Of a DNA stretch of 64,000 nucleotides, positions 25,403 to 38,939 are shown piece after piece; position 1 is the stretch's first letter, and each line of letters begins with the position of its first letter. The notes under the pieces are model-generated. The model saw nothing but the letters and a program-made list of their open reading frames with translations, was not told the DNA's origin and made no database searches. Position numbers and translations under genes: made by a program. The DNA comes from Octopus sinensis (Eukaryota): the NCBI RefSeq assembly GCF_006345805.1, contig NC_042997.1, positions 147,126,001 through 147,190,000 on the forward strand, given 5' to 3'.

Positions 25403-26326
25403 GAAATTCCTTCCTTTACCAAAACCCACGAAGTGTAGAAACTAAACAAGCCAATGAGGGGACATTTTCGTAGTCGAACATCTTGCAAGAAATAGCAGAA
25501 AATCTCACTGTTAAATCATCCTGCTGTCTTATATATAAACTGGTAGCATTAGATAATCTGTATCTTTTCACATCTAAGAAGACAGGATAGTCGGGGCAGG
25601 AATAGCTTTGATCACAAGTCTGCTCGATCAAGGTTGAACTGCAGCTCGACAACCACGAACACATAACTTTGAAGACTAAAACATTTAACCTAAGCCAGTT
25701 ATCTCTATCATTCAATCTTGGAAGTATTTTAAAGACTTTGGGCAATATATCGTCTGAAAACAACAACAGCAACAAAAATCAATCTCAGTATAATTGTTTG
25801 TCAGATTTTGTTTACTTAGCTAACTATTCATTCTAAAATATTCAGACTTATCCGTCAATACACCCAATCAGACAGTAACGAACATATTCGTAAATATATA
25901 AAAGACGGAACGATTAGCTATTTATCTTCTTAACAATACAAAATACATTTCCACACAATTCCAGCAAAATTTTGTCTGAATTTCCGTGATAAATAATTGT
26001 TATTATTTCACATCGATATATTGAGACTAGTGATATCCTCTTAGTTGTTATCGTCTCAATATCAGCCGCTGCATTTCACGACCATCTTCAGGTGCTTGAA
26101 GTACATTGCTTTCATTCTGTTTTTTATATAAAGAATATTCTTCTCTTAATTAGTTCCGAACTTGTGATAGCAATTTCCCGTGTCACATGAATATTTATAT
26201 TTCGCTTAGGCATAGAACTATACTTCAGAAAACATCGTTAGACGAGTGCAGAAGGTAGTAAGAAATTAAATAAATGGCAAAGGAATAAGAAATTATGTAG
26301 CTGTTTCTGCTATATGTAATGCACTC

Positions 26327-26725
26327 AAGGCGGCGAGCTGACAGAAACGTTAGCACACCGGGCGGAATGCGTAGCCGTATTTCGTTTGCCGTTACGTTCT
26401 GAGTTCAAATTCCGCCGAGGTCGACTTTGCCTTTCATCCTTTCGGGGTCGATTAAATAAGTACCAGTTATGCACTGGGGTCGATATAATCGACTTAATCC
26501 GTTTGTCTGTCCTTGTTTGTCTCCTCTGTGTTTAGCCCCTTGTGGGTAGTAAAGAAATAGGTATTTCGTCTGCGGCTACGTTCTGAGTTCAAATTCCGCC
26601 GAGATCGACTTTGCCTTTCATCCTCTCGGGGTCGACAAATTAAATACCAGTTACGCACTGGGGTCGATCTAATCGATTGGCCCCCTCTCACCAAATTTCG
26701 GGTCTTGTGCCTAGAGTAGAAAAGA
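26327..26725 (+). mobile_element. SINE family A dimer (full copy plus 5'-truncated copy)
   Basis: Second B-box block begins at ~26565. Confidence 0.9.
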
Positions 26726-26910
26726 ATATGTAATGCACTCATACCTCAGTGCTTCTAATCACCTTATAGCTTCGTAAGCTCGGACGAAGATTAGAAGGTG
26801 ATAAACAAGTATTCAGCTATGAGTGCTTAGCATCTTATAGCAGAAACAGATGTAAGCTACGGAAGTTTATTACATAATTTCTTGTTCTCTAATCATTTAT
26901 TTAATTTCTC

Positions 26911-26950
<40 letters not shown>

Positions 26951-27034
26951 CGGACTTCTTTCAGCTTCTGTCAACCAAATCCACTCACAAGACTTTGGTC
27001 GGTTCGAGGCTATAGTTGAAGACACTTTCCCAAG

Positions 27035-27230
27035 GCAATAATAATAACACCGAAAAATACCTTAGGAATGAGAACCTAGGTTCGAAATTTTTCCTAGTCA
27101 CCTGATTAAGGCTGGAGGGTATATCAGATGAAACGTTGCGTTAACAACAAAGATGAGGACAAATATCCATCAAATGTAAATAATGTAAATAATATACATA
27201 ATTCCTCATCTCTTAAATATAGAACTGTAT
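27035..27230 (+). mobile_element. PLE terminal-repeat-like fragment with a decayed hammerhead (27097-27142)
   Basis: GTCAC-CTGATTA-A-GGCTG-gagggtatat-CAGAT-GAAA-CG-TT-GCGTT; G8 and stem II mutated. Confidence 0.55.
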
Positions 27231-27308
27231 TTCGACATATTTAAACAAATTAAATTTCATTTTGCAGGATAATCTAATTGAAATTTCACTAATTATAGCT
27301 CTTCAAAC

Positions 27309-27540
27309 ATGGAAGTGTCTAAGGAGCATTTGAGGCACATAATGCTTTATGAGTTTAAAAGAGATATCTCTGCTGCTGACGCGACTCGAAATATTCATTC
27401 AGTTTGGAGAAAAGGGTGCCTGAATGAAAGAACTTGCTAAAGATAGTTTATAAAATTCAGAAGTGAAAATTTCAGCCATGAAAATGAGGCCCAAACAGGA
27501 CGTTCAATTGAGTTTGATGAGAAGCTCCTTTTGTCAGATC
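27309..27540 (+). mobile_element. Mariner transposase 5' fragment (pseudogene)
   Basis: MEVSKEHLRHIMLYEFKRDISAADATRNIHSV...NERTC*R*FIKFRSENFS.....TGRSIEFDE: mariner HTH region with stops. Confidence 0.85.
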
Positions 27541-27779
27541 CTATGATCGATGTAATTGTCCAACACCCTCTCCAAAAATTGCGGGCCTTGTGCCAACATT
27601 TGAAACATCTTTATTACTGATATTACAAAACATGTCAGAAAATACCAATGCTAAGACGTATGAATATTGTAAGTGCATTCTTACATAATATTTGTTAACC
27701 ATAAGCACTTTTATGCACTTCTACCAAGTTGTACTAAATTCTTGTTCTAAGACAGTAAAATCTTGATGTAGTGCTCAAG

Positions 27780-27813
<34 letters not shown>

Positions 27814-28699
27814 ATAATGATAATAATAATAGAAATAATAATAATAACGATGATAATAATATAGATTCTAAGAGTTATATTTCTCATCATTATACAGTAT
27901 TTGCAAGGGAATATATAACGAAAATGATTGTATTGTTCTTGAAACAGCTGCTTCATTTTCCTATGTTGGCAATTTGGGAGTAATTATCAGACACTTTTTG
28001 CATTTGCTACGCAACAACATCAGATTCTAGAAGTTGTTTCTGAACTTTGAATCTTCTCTGTAATACAAATAATCATAGATAAATATGATTTCACTTCTCT
28101 TCAAATCTTCTATTATTCTTCTTTCAATCGCTCTCTGTATCTCTTTTTTAATTTTCTCTCTCTCTCCCGCCTCCTCCATTTTCCCATTGTATAAACGTTT
28201 GTGGTGTATATTCTGATTGTTCTTTAACAAAGGACACATATACATACATAATAAACGCACACATAAAGATACATACATGTGTGTGTGTACACGATATATA
28301 TTATATATATATATACACATACACATTCTTTCGTACACAGATGCATATATATTAATTGCTGGTGGGTACCAGTTGCCAACACAAAAAAGGCAGGATACAG
28401 TACTTACTTATAAACATTAATATACTTGCTAGTATATGATATTTGCTAATCGAAATACCTTGTCCTTACCAGCAATTAATATTTCTTTATATGTACTTAT
28501 TCGGTTTCAAAATTATTCTGTCTTTTTGTATTTTTCAATAAACGAATTTTCTTTAAACACGATGTCACCTGGCAGACAGTTAATACAAGGGAGATAACCA
28601 TTTCTTCATAACATTTGGCGGGATTTGAAGTCTGAATTGAAATTAAGTAATATAGAAAAAATGTATAAAATACACATATCTATTTTTTTGTTGGTGCTA

Positions 28700-29600
28700 A
28701 CATATTACGAAGTCCTTAAAATTTCTAGTCAATGTCAGTCATGTATTGTACTATGTCATTCTTTATTGGTCTGCGTTTGATCCGTGTTTTTTATGTTCGA
28801 AACAAAAGCAGAGTTGGAACATAAAACATTTCGGCCATATATTTGTTGTACATAAAGTTAAATGTTCACTTAGTGATATCGGTCATATATTAGGATTTTG
28901 TATTCGTTGCCTTAAATACTGAATATATTTCTCAGGGTTAGTTTCGACCGGCTTATGTAATCTTTGTCACAACCATTTTGTTTAATAACATAAATCAATC
29001 ATTTTTAGAATAAGACGTGATATTTTTACCGTGAAATATTTATATCCTAATTTAAATCCTTAAGGTCCCTTCTATAATGTTTTACAGTAATGGTCACCAC
29101 ATTTATTGACTATCGGTGTTGTGCTTTTAGTGAATAATCTGACATTGGTAAATTATACTTTTTAGAGATTATTGGTTGCCATTTCGTGTATTTCGAGTTT
29201 TATAAAATTCGTACATCTTGCTTCAATAATGGAATATTTTGATGGATAATGTTGTGTTTCTGTATTTATTGGGTTGAGTGCTGTTATGTAAAATATATTA
29301 TTTGGTCGATTTAAATTTGTCTTTTTCGCACTTATTTTGTAGTCTTATATTCCGAGTTTCAACATTCAAAACGAATCTGCACATTCTTCGTGCTCGGTTA
29401 ACCGGTGTGCTTGTTTTGGTATGTTTTGGGTGACAAGAAGAAAATTGTCGGTATCTTTTTAGATGCTGCTGGCTTGGGATGTCCTTTTCAATATTTGTGC
29501 CTTTATAACGAACAAGTGGAACGTACCCAATATTCGGCTGATGTTTTCTACTTTTAATTTAAGTTTCATGAATACCCGTTCCATCAATCAGACGTTTGAC
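28700..29600 (-). mobile_element. Penelope-like element relic: RT thumb plus GIY-YIG endonuclease
   Basis: Minus peptides FSSCHPKHTKTSTPVNRARRMCRFVLNVETRNIRL; FYITALNP; VNKCGD..CKT; GCDKDYISRSKLTLR; LSEHLTLC. Confidence 0.8.
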
Positions 29601-29782
29601 TGACGGGGCGTAAACATTAAAGATGATTTAGAATTCTAAACAGCCTGCATGAAGATCTCTCCATTCCATTCCACAGCTGTGTGGATATATCAATAATAAA
29701 TTACCATGTTTACAAAGGCAAATAGCTCGAGGTCTATACAATCGCTAATGAAAGTTTCTTCGCAATGTTTCAACATTACTTA

Positions 29783-30225
29783 AGGCGGCGAGCTGGTGGA
29801 ATTAATACCGGGAAAAATAAGTAGCGGCGTTGAAATTCCACTGAGGTTTACTTCGTCTTTCATCCCTTCATGGTTGGTAAAACAAATACCAGTTGAGCAC
29901 TGGGGTCTATATAATCGAATGACTCCCACCTCCAAATTTGCTAGCCTTTTGCCAAAATTTGAAGCCAATATGACAATATTATTTTCAATTAAAAGGTGGC
30001 GAGCTGGCAGAATCTTTAGCACGGCGGGCGAAATGCTTAGCAGTATTTCGTCTGCCGCTACGTTCTGAGTTCAAGTTCCGCCGAGGTCGACTTTGCTTTT
30101 CATCTTTCTGGAGTCGATTAAATGAGTACCAGTTACGCACTGGGGTCAATGTAATCGACTTAATCCCTTTGTCTGTCCATGTTTGTCCCTTCTATGTTTA
30201 GCCCCATGTGAGCAATAAAGAAATA
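29783..30225 (+). mobile_element. Two tandem SINE family A copies (older 29783-29975, younger 29993-30225)
   Basis: Match to the family A consensus. Confidence 0.85.
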
Positions 30226-30268
30226 AATATTATTTTCAATGTCTTTTCTTTCTCGTATTCACTGTCTC

Positions 30269-30360
<92 letters not shown>

Positions 30361-30513
30361 CTCAGACTCTGTGTCTACACATGTATATGCATACATACAC
30401 ATAAGTATATCTATATATAATGCGCATGAGTATGTGTATATATGAGTGCACCTCCATACATACATAGGAATAGACAGAATGAAGCAGAGTGAGCGTTATT
30501 AATAGCGCGCGCG

Positions 30514-30591
<78 letters not shown>

Positions 30592-30868
30592 AAGACAGTG
30601 CGTGAAAAAAGATTTTAAGAGATGTGAAATGTTATTAATATTTGTCTATGATTATATCAAATACAGAGAATATATAAAGTTTGAAAAATAACTTTTGGAA
30701 CTGACGTAGTTAGAGAGAAAATATTAGGAATATCTGAAAATTATTTCCAAATTGTCAACATAGGAATATGAAGCAGCTGTTTCAAGAGCAGAGTCAATTA
30801 TATTCAGAAGATATTCCTTTCTATGTACAATATAATGACAATGAAAAATATAACTTTTAAGATCTATA

Positions 30869-30945
<77 letters not shown>

Positions 30946-30974
30946 GTTATTGTTGTTGTTGTTGTTGTTAACCA

Positions 30975-31284
30975 TTGCTCAGTGTTGATATAGAATATTG
31001 TTTTTTTGTTTTTCTTTGCTTCATGCCAAACAAAAGTATCGCTAGAAATACGTGCAATTCCAAGGTGGGTGGATGCGATATGATAATATTTTTTTTTGTG
31101 ATTAGACCCAATGCTTCAGTGATAACCGGAACAGCTTTCATTTTTGTTTCTGGGTATTCCTACATTCATGATAACTCTACTTTTAAATTAACATACTTAG
31201 AAATTATTTCTGCTTTGTTGTCGGTAATGTTTTTGTCTGAAGGTATTGCAACGTCTGTTATGACGCATTCTCGTTTTTTTTTAT

Positions 31285-31320
<36 letters not shown>

Positions 31321-32250
31321 GTCTTCACTGATGTTCATTCTTTTTCTCCTATCTGGATGTCAAAATATCAAAGAATTGTCTAGTTTACCAGATTCACTTA
31401 AAGCCGTTTCTGGTACATGATTGTACAACTTGTCTGAAGTGTTTTATTCATATTTTTTTACAAATCGTGCAAATTGTGACAAACCTTATTTTGATACAGC
31501 TTGTATTTTTCTGAGCTAATGTTTGCAACTACTAAAAAATCCACCAAAAACCTTTAGTTTCTCACTTTAAATCTCCGTTCAAAAACTGTTCCCATGACAA
31601 GTCGTGACTTTTACAATCTCTATGTCACTGGGTAATTCTCTTTGTAACTGCATTTCTTCTAGAGCTTTATTTCTTTTACAAATTATCCTACCTTTGGTAC
31701 ACTTTGTGCAGCCCAAGTCCCACACATGTTCTTTATCACTCTTTGCAAGATAAGGGTTTACTGACCTTTGTTCTCCCTTCACACAATTAGAAATGAAAAA
31801 AAAAGTCTTTCCGCTCCAATTTTCCGTTTCATAACGATTGACATTTCCCTGTGGATGAACCACTCCATGCGTAATTAAGGGCTTTCCTATTTTCCCATCT
31901 AATGTGTCTATTTCATTTTTATCCTTTTCCCTAATTTTAACACTACAAAACACAACGGTAAGTGCCCATGCGTTGATCACATTAGATTTCTTAAATTAAT
32001 TTTGTACTTCATTACGAGTTTTAATCTCTCTAAATACTTTACAACAACTGACAATATTTTCGGGAAAAAATGCGTTAGCAACTTCCATAACTGACTGAAA
32101 CAGGTGATTGATCGATAGTTTCCGACTGCTTTTCCGTTCTTGAGGTCTTTTATTATTATATTTGTTTTTCCCTCAATCCACTTATGTTAGAAATACTTTT
32201 CGTTTATTAAAATCTCTTTTCCTAAAACAAGAATTTACTCCATCTTGTAA
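30975..32250 (-). mobile_element. R4/Dong-type RLE LINE relic (copy 2, strongly decayed), interrupted by (TA)n
   Basis: ORF 31579..31980 INAWA...EIDTLDGK..ITHGVVHPQGNVNR; RLE CVITDVAIPSDKNI...ISKY...VPVITEALG; 3' end abuts (TTA)n/(TTG)n at 30868-30968. Confidence 0.8.
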
Positions 32251-32369
32251 CAAAGAAATAACTGTATTGAAAGTTTACAAGATGCACTAGGTTAACGAAA
32301 ATGCATGATTTATTTTATCAAAATGTTTTTACGTGAGCAAACATTGTGTGAGATTGTTCTAAAATGTTT

Positions 32370-32581
32370 ATGGAGTCTCATATTTCTGAACCAGAAGCAT
32401 CCAAATTAGTCTAGTGGAACCCACTTGATGGTGATGTAAGAAGATGAAAACGTCGTCACGTTTACATCGACAACTTGATTGCAGACACTGGCTTGGAATG
32501 TATCCAGGACCTAGAGGCTGTGATAATGGACCGAGAAGTGTGGTGGGTGGACTGTTGCTGCAACCCTGATTTGAACCCGGC

Positions 32582-32637
<56 letters not shown>
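32370..32637 (+). mobile_element. RTE-clade LINE 3' fragment with a (TAA)n tail
   Basis: Frameshifted EASKLV*W.P...RR...FYIDNLIADTGLECIQDLEAVIMDREVW, matching the RTE C-terminal pattern. Confidence 0.65.
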
Positions 32638-32638
<1 letters not shown>

Positions 32639-32768
32639 GAATTTGGCAACGATCAAATCTGAAACCATCACGAAGCAGGAATTTAGAATCCGCAAAATCA
32701 ATGAAAGAAGAATATATTTTAATGTAAGACGTCTCAGGAAATCGAAAGAATTTTCTTATATGGAATAT

Positions 32769-32829
<61 letters not shown>

Positions 32830-33431
32830 GCTTCCCTCAGATGCACCGCTACAGCAACACATGCGTGAAATGTAAACACATGGACTGCAATATTTCTATA
32901 CGAAAACTGCAGTATACCCATATTTATGCAAGACCTCTGTATATATATGCACATTATTATTTCTTCTAGATCTCTCGCTTATACATCAATAATAGGCGTT
33001 GTTCTGTCAAAAAGTAAACGCTGTAAAGAGGAACCCATAACAAAACTAACCAAGAAAGAACTATGGACAGATAGCCACTAATAATATGAAGTGGTTAATT
33101 TATGAATTACACACATTACTATGCAACACTCCTCAAAAAGCATACAGGAATAAGCTCACACCGTAAATACCCAACAAAATGAAAAAATTTCAACAGGAGC
33201 CAACCGATACCCAACAGAAGAACACAACCTGTGTTGCACAAACAACACACAATACAAAAACTAATACAACAGAAGACACAAACCAAACTCCATAACAACA
33301 CATACTGATGCAATACAATATTGCCCCCTCCCGCCCTCCAAAATGCAACACACACTACCTCACCTGCACAAAAGTGAAACAAATGATGCTATAGAAAGTT
33401 GCTTGAAACTATCAGATGTCGAATAATAATA

Positions 33432-34850
33432 GTGTTGATGACGTTGGTGATGAACGTTACCTTACCTCAGTTTGCGAGAGACAAGAGTTTCTGAAGAAAC
33501 TCTAGTGTAACAGCGAAAGTGAAGCTGGACTTTAAGGGAAAGCGTCTCGTTCGGCAGTGGCTCAGGAAAGATGCAGACTGACCACAGCTGTTATCCTAAT
33601 ACAGTATCAGCAAATAATAGAGTAAGGAGGAGAAAATGGACCAGCAAAGAAAACAGGACAATATTGCCGTGTTACTTAGAAAGTGAACCTAAAAGAAAGG
33701 GCTGTAGAAAACGGATGTTAACACTTTGGGTAGAGAAAGGTATGTTTAAAGTCATTGAACAGAGACTAGTAGATCAAGCCAATGCTATTAGGAGAAAGTG
33801 GATGATAAAATTGGAGGTGGAAGACATCACAAGAGAACTGGAAAAGAAAGACCAGACAGTGGGAAAAACAAACAACAACACAAGAAATACAACTCAAACC
33901 AAAGAAGAACCTAAAGAAAAAAATTATAGCGCCACCAATAAGGAAGGGACAACTGACTCCAGCGATTTAAGTAAATTAAATGAGGAACATCAGAAGATTT
34001 TAGATGAGTTGCATGCAGGAATTAATGAGTAAAGAAGTAAGAAAAAAGTTGCCGGCATTGAAAGATACCAACAGAAGGAAGCTGCTAGATATGACTATGA
34101 AAGTAGATTCTGTTATCAGTAGGATAGATACTAAAAATATAGAAGTTACTAAATTATTGATCTATGCAGGAGGGTTGGTATTTACTAGAAGATTAGATAT
34201 TCCACAAGGAAATATTTAAAAAGAGCAAATGTGGCAAGTGAAGAATTTAAGACAAAATTTGTGTAGAATAGAAGCCTGGAAAATGATCAAGTTAGGACAC
34301 ACAAGGTGCAAATCTTCCCTCGAGAAAAGATAGTTAGTCAAAGAGAAAGGATTTAGGACAGTCACGGAAGAGTTGAAATAGCGTACCATAGCAGTAGCAG
34401 ACACGCTCTCCAGATATCAGAAAAGAATAGACCGAATAGATTATTTGAGACAGACCAGAGGAGATTTTATAACCAAATAAATAGTGAAGAAAGAAGTATT
34501 GAAGATGAGAAACTTAATGTAGAAGAAACTAGAAATTTTGGAGTAATATTTGGAATAATAAAATTTGGAGATGCAATATGGTTAAAGAAAGTGAGGGAAG
34601 AAGTAGTGAGTGAGAAGTAGGCAGATCTAAGACTGACTGGTGCATTAATGAGTAAAGTGTAGGAAAAATGTCAAATTGGAAGGACCTAGTATCAGATTCA
34701 GTTCAAGTGTACTGGCTAAAGAAATTTAGTAGTTTACATGGGAGGCTGCGGGAACAACATCAGGATTGCCTTAATGGAGGAATAATACCAGATTGGATGA
34801 CTAGAGGGAGAACAGTAGTCCTTATGAAAGAAAAGAGCAAGGGTAATACA
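33432..34850 (+). mobile_element. R4/Dong-type LINE 5' portion (copy 3): 5' UTR, N-terminal domain and pre-RT region
   Basis: RRKWTSKENRTILPCYLESEPKRKGCRKRMLTLW..KGMF...EQRLVDQANAIRR; 34540-34850 is homologous to 52975-53290; stops before the RT core. Confidence 0.85.
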
Positions 34851-35803
34851 GTGTTGGTAGAAGACAACATCAGTATACACTGCAACAGAGCAATGTGACA
34901 AGAATTCGCTGATGTTAAAGACATCAGTGGTAGATGGAGCATATTGGAAACCTCAACATGCAATGGTCGATCATATAAGATGCTGTGGTGGCCTGCATGT
35001 CCAGAAATTGTTTGGATGCTGTGAACGCCTTTTGAGAGGAACATAGTTATAGTCGTTTTAATAAGAACAAAAAATTGACAGGTTTCTAGACAGTTCCTTC
35101 CACTAAACTTAAAGTTTACTCACAAGTATTTAATGAACCCGAAGCTATGGGAGAAAACACGTGACTAAGTTGCTGCTCAATGAAATCGAACTCGAATCTA
35201 AAATTCGAAATTGCGAAGTTCCTTAAAGACACAGCCATTCCTGACACATTTATTTAAAGGGAAGACAGAGTTACGAAAATATAAATCTCATACGTTTAAA
35301 AAACCAAAAAAAAAAAAAAACCCAAAAAACAATTATATGTTAATTGAATTGAATTGGCTGCAATCAGAAATCGAAACCCATATCAAACTCATTTCTCAAA
35401 GTGCTTATAATTTTCTCGTTGGCACTTGTTATATGTCAGATAATTTTTTAATTGATTTTTGGAACGGGCGGAGTAGGGGAGAGGTTACAGATGAATATCT
35501 TAGTTGCCAGGAAGCAATGAATGTTCTTATAATAATTTCATCATGATTTCCCATTATTTCGTGATTTGATGTCATTCTAGGAAGCATATTATTTGAAGAA
35601 GAAGAAATGATATACTTAAGACGAAATGTTAATTTTAGGAATGTTAAATTCATTTGGCTTCAAGTTTGTCTTCCAGTATATCACGTTTTTCAAGGTTAAC
35701 AAGAGAATTGGCTCGGAGGCTCCAGATTATGACTTTAGGAAAACTATACATATGTGTGTGGGGGTATGCATATATATGTGTATGTATACATATGTATGTA
35801 TGC

Positions 35804-35903
<100 letters not shown>

Positions 35904-36152
35904 GTCTATCTATCTATCTATCTATCTATATGATAATAATGCACATAGGCAAACTCCTACATTTTACTCCCTACAACGTTGTATACATACGTACATACAT
36001 ACATACATACATACATACATACATACATACACACATACATATATACATGCATGCATACATACATAATACATACATATATGCATACATACATACATACATG
36101 CATGCATACATACACACACGTACACACGCAGACATATATACACACACACACA

Positions 36153-36192
<40 letters not shown>

Positions 36193-37200
36193 GTATCTTA
36201 CCCACAAATTTTAATATAGATACTTTAGTTCTAAAACTTGGATAAACATACACAATGCACACATGTATACTTGTATATATACACATGGTTTACACACACA
36301 CACTCACACACACATACACGCACACACATTCAAATAAAAATATATAGATGCATCGATATATAAACAGACACACATACTCAAACACTCACCTACACCCACA
36401 CACACACACACACACATACAAACATGCATTCATACACACGCACTCACTCACATACACATTTACACCCATACTCATTTGTACATTAAGAAGATTACATTTT
36501 GTCGAATCTAGAACGATGAAAGAAAGGTGAAGTCTAGCCAGGAGGAATTTGGACTCAGAACGTAATAGTATGTTAAAGAATATTGATTTTTAAAATAGTT
36601 GCAACGCTTCAAATTTGTTTTTGCGGGGGCAGGGTAGAGTAGATTATTTTGACTTAAGTATATAACTGGTACATATTTCGTCGATATCGTTAGGCTAAAG
36701 GCAAAAATCGACGAAGGTTGTGTTTCATCAGTGTTTTAATGATTTAACGTACACTTTTCCAAACTAGTATGGGTTAGACGGAATTTGTTGAGTCAGATAT
36801 TCCAAGCCTGATACTCTTTCTGTTGCTACCATTTATTTGTTTCCAAGCAAGGTAATATTTCCCAATGGTGAAACATGTCCTGCACAGAAAACTGGAAACG
36901 AATAACTTCACTTTTATGACAGTGATGGTTATTTACACCTCCTCGTGATGTTGAGAGAAGGGTACACAGAAACATACACACACACACATACACACACACA
37001 CATACACACACACACACACACAGAGGAAGAAAGGTACATCAATATCATGTGACTCGCCTCGACCAATAGCATTTCATTCAGCAGTTCAAAGCTTGAAAGA
37101 AACGGGCTCCTGTTAGGGGCCTGCGAAACTTTAAGTCGCATAAACCCGAAACAAACCGTTTTAAATAACATCAACAACAGCAACAACAATAACAATAATG

Positions 37201-37253
<53 letters not shown>

Positions 37254-37259
37254 TATGGT

Positions 37260-37465
37260 TTCAAACTTTGGCTCAAGGCCAGCAATGTCGGAGGAGGGGG
37301 TAAGTCACTTACATCGACTCCATTGCTCTATTGGTACTTATTTTATCGACCCCGAAAGGGATGAAAGGCAAAGGCGACCTCGGCGGAATTTGAACTCAGA
37401 ACCTAATGACGGATAAAATGACGCTTTTTATTTTGTTGGGCGTGCTAACGATTCTGCCAGCTAGG
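37260..37465 (-). mobile_element. SINE family A
   Basis: Reverse-complement match. Confidence 0.8.
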
Positions 37466-37487
37466 CCGTCTTAACAACAGCAACAAT

Positions 37488-37528
<41 letters not shown>

Positions 37529-37561
37529 ACACACAACACACACACACACACCACACACACA

Positions 37562-37602
<41 letters not shown>

Positions 37603-38197
37603 CACACACACACAAATATGTACAGCACAGAATTCTTCCCATATCCATCTACCAAATCTACTCATAAGGATTGCTCAGCCCCAGGCCATAGGAGAAGTCA
37701 CCTGCCCAAGGCGCTACATAGTAGGGTTATATAATGGTACTGAAACACAGCCAGGTATTTAATGTATTGCTGCAGAGTTCCTGTCATTGTCTGCTCTTTA
37801 CATCGATACAGGATCACAAATTTGAAAGGCCGGAATCTAGTCGCTTGAGAAGATTGCAATACGTCTTCAGTATCAATTGTATTGGTTCTGTAGGAGCATC
37901 TAAACGGTCGTTTGCTCGGCTAGAAATATCAGTAAATTGTCCCTCAATCATGCTCTACAAATTTAGAAGAATAAAAAGGAAACAGAATTGAGACGTTGGA
38001 TAATGTATTCTTAAATAGCGCTAAAAAGACAGAAGAGTCCTGGCTGGAATACTTTTGCTGGTAGGCTTGCTCGAAAAGGGATGACTAGGGGCTAAGCAAC
38101 AATATGCTCCTTCTTATCATCATCAACCAATCTCGTCGTCGTCGGTCCCCTCCTTCTCATCATTATCATCATCAACAACAACAGCAGTAGCAACTGT

Positions 38198-38231
<34 letters not shown>

Positions 38232-38697
38232 GTTCAAGACTTTGGACCTGGATATCTCCATTTCCAGCGACTTCGAGGGTCACCTCCCAGTGGTGTCGGG
38301 CGTCAACGAAGAGCCCTCGACTACAAAAAGACCACCAAAGTTTTTTTTGCGAAGGTCTGGGGTCTCCCGCCCCTAAGCTCTAGACCATCACCTAATCACT
38401 CTTACCCGTCTTGTTGCTTAACAACAACAACAACAACAACAACAGCAGCAGCAGCAATATTTTTCTTTCGAGTAAAAGAAAAATAATCTCCAGGCAGTTT
38501 TGAATTCAGACTGAAAAGATACACAAAAACCAGAAAAGCAAGAACCCAAACTATCCTTTCACGAGAATACAATTGTACATAGAAGGAGTATGTACAGTTT
38601 CCAAAAACGTTTTGCCTTGAAGTGCTAGGGAGGTCATTTCTTGTTCGAGACAAACCGTATGGGCACAGTTGGATTTCTTTCTCACGCATTCCTCCAG

Positions 38698-38939
38698 GTT
38701 TTCAAGAGTAATAATTTAGTGAAGTTATATCGAACAGATGTGTACGATAAGACGGATTTGGTTGTCAGTCGACGCCTTTCCGTTCATAAGGAAATGATAT
38801 AATGTGCAGTACGGTAAATGACTGACAACAAATCTTTTCCTCTCGCCGTTAACATCCTGATCTATTTCCACAAGCATTAGTTGAATTGGAAGACGACAGT
38901 GAAGAATCTGGTGCTGTCCTCAAGTAAATTCCCTCAAAG
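38698..38939 (+). other. Candidate 242-nt exon (probably non-coding or UTR)
   Basis: Acceptor TTTCTTTCTCACGCATTCCTCCAG|G and donor AAG|GTAAGT; all three frames contain stops. Confidence 0.4.

Noticed and set aside
33486-33503. CTGAAGA in the Dong 5' UTR as a hammerhead core
   Set aside because: It lies in the loop of a GAGTTT/AAACTC hairpin with no stem II-GAAA arrangement
38790-38830. SECIS-like ATGA...AAA...GA
   Set aside because: Spacing and helix geometry do not fit a SECIS element
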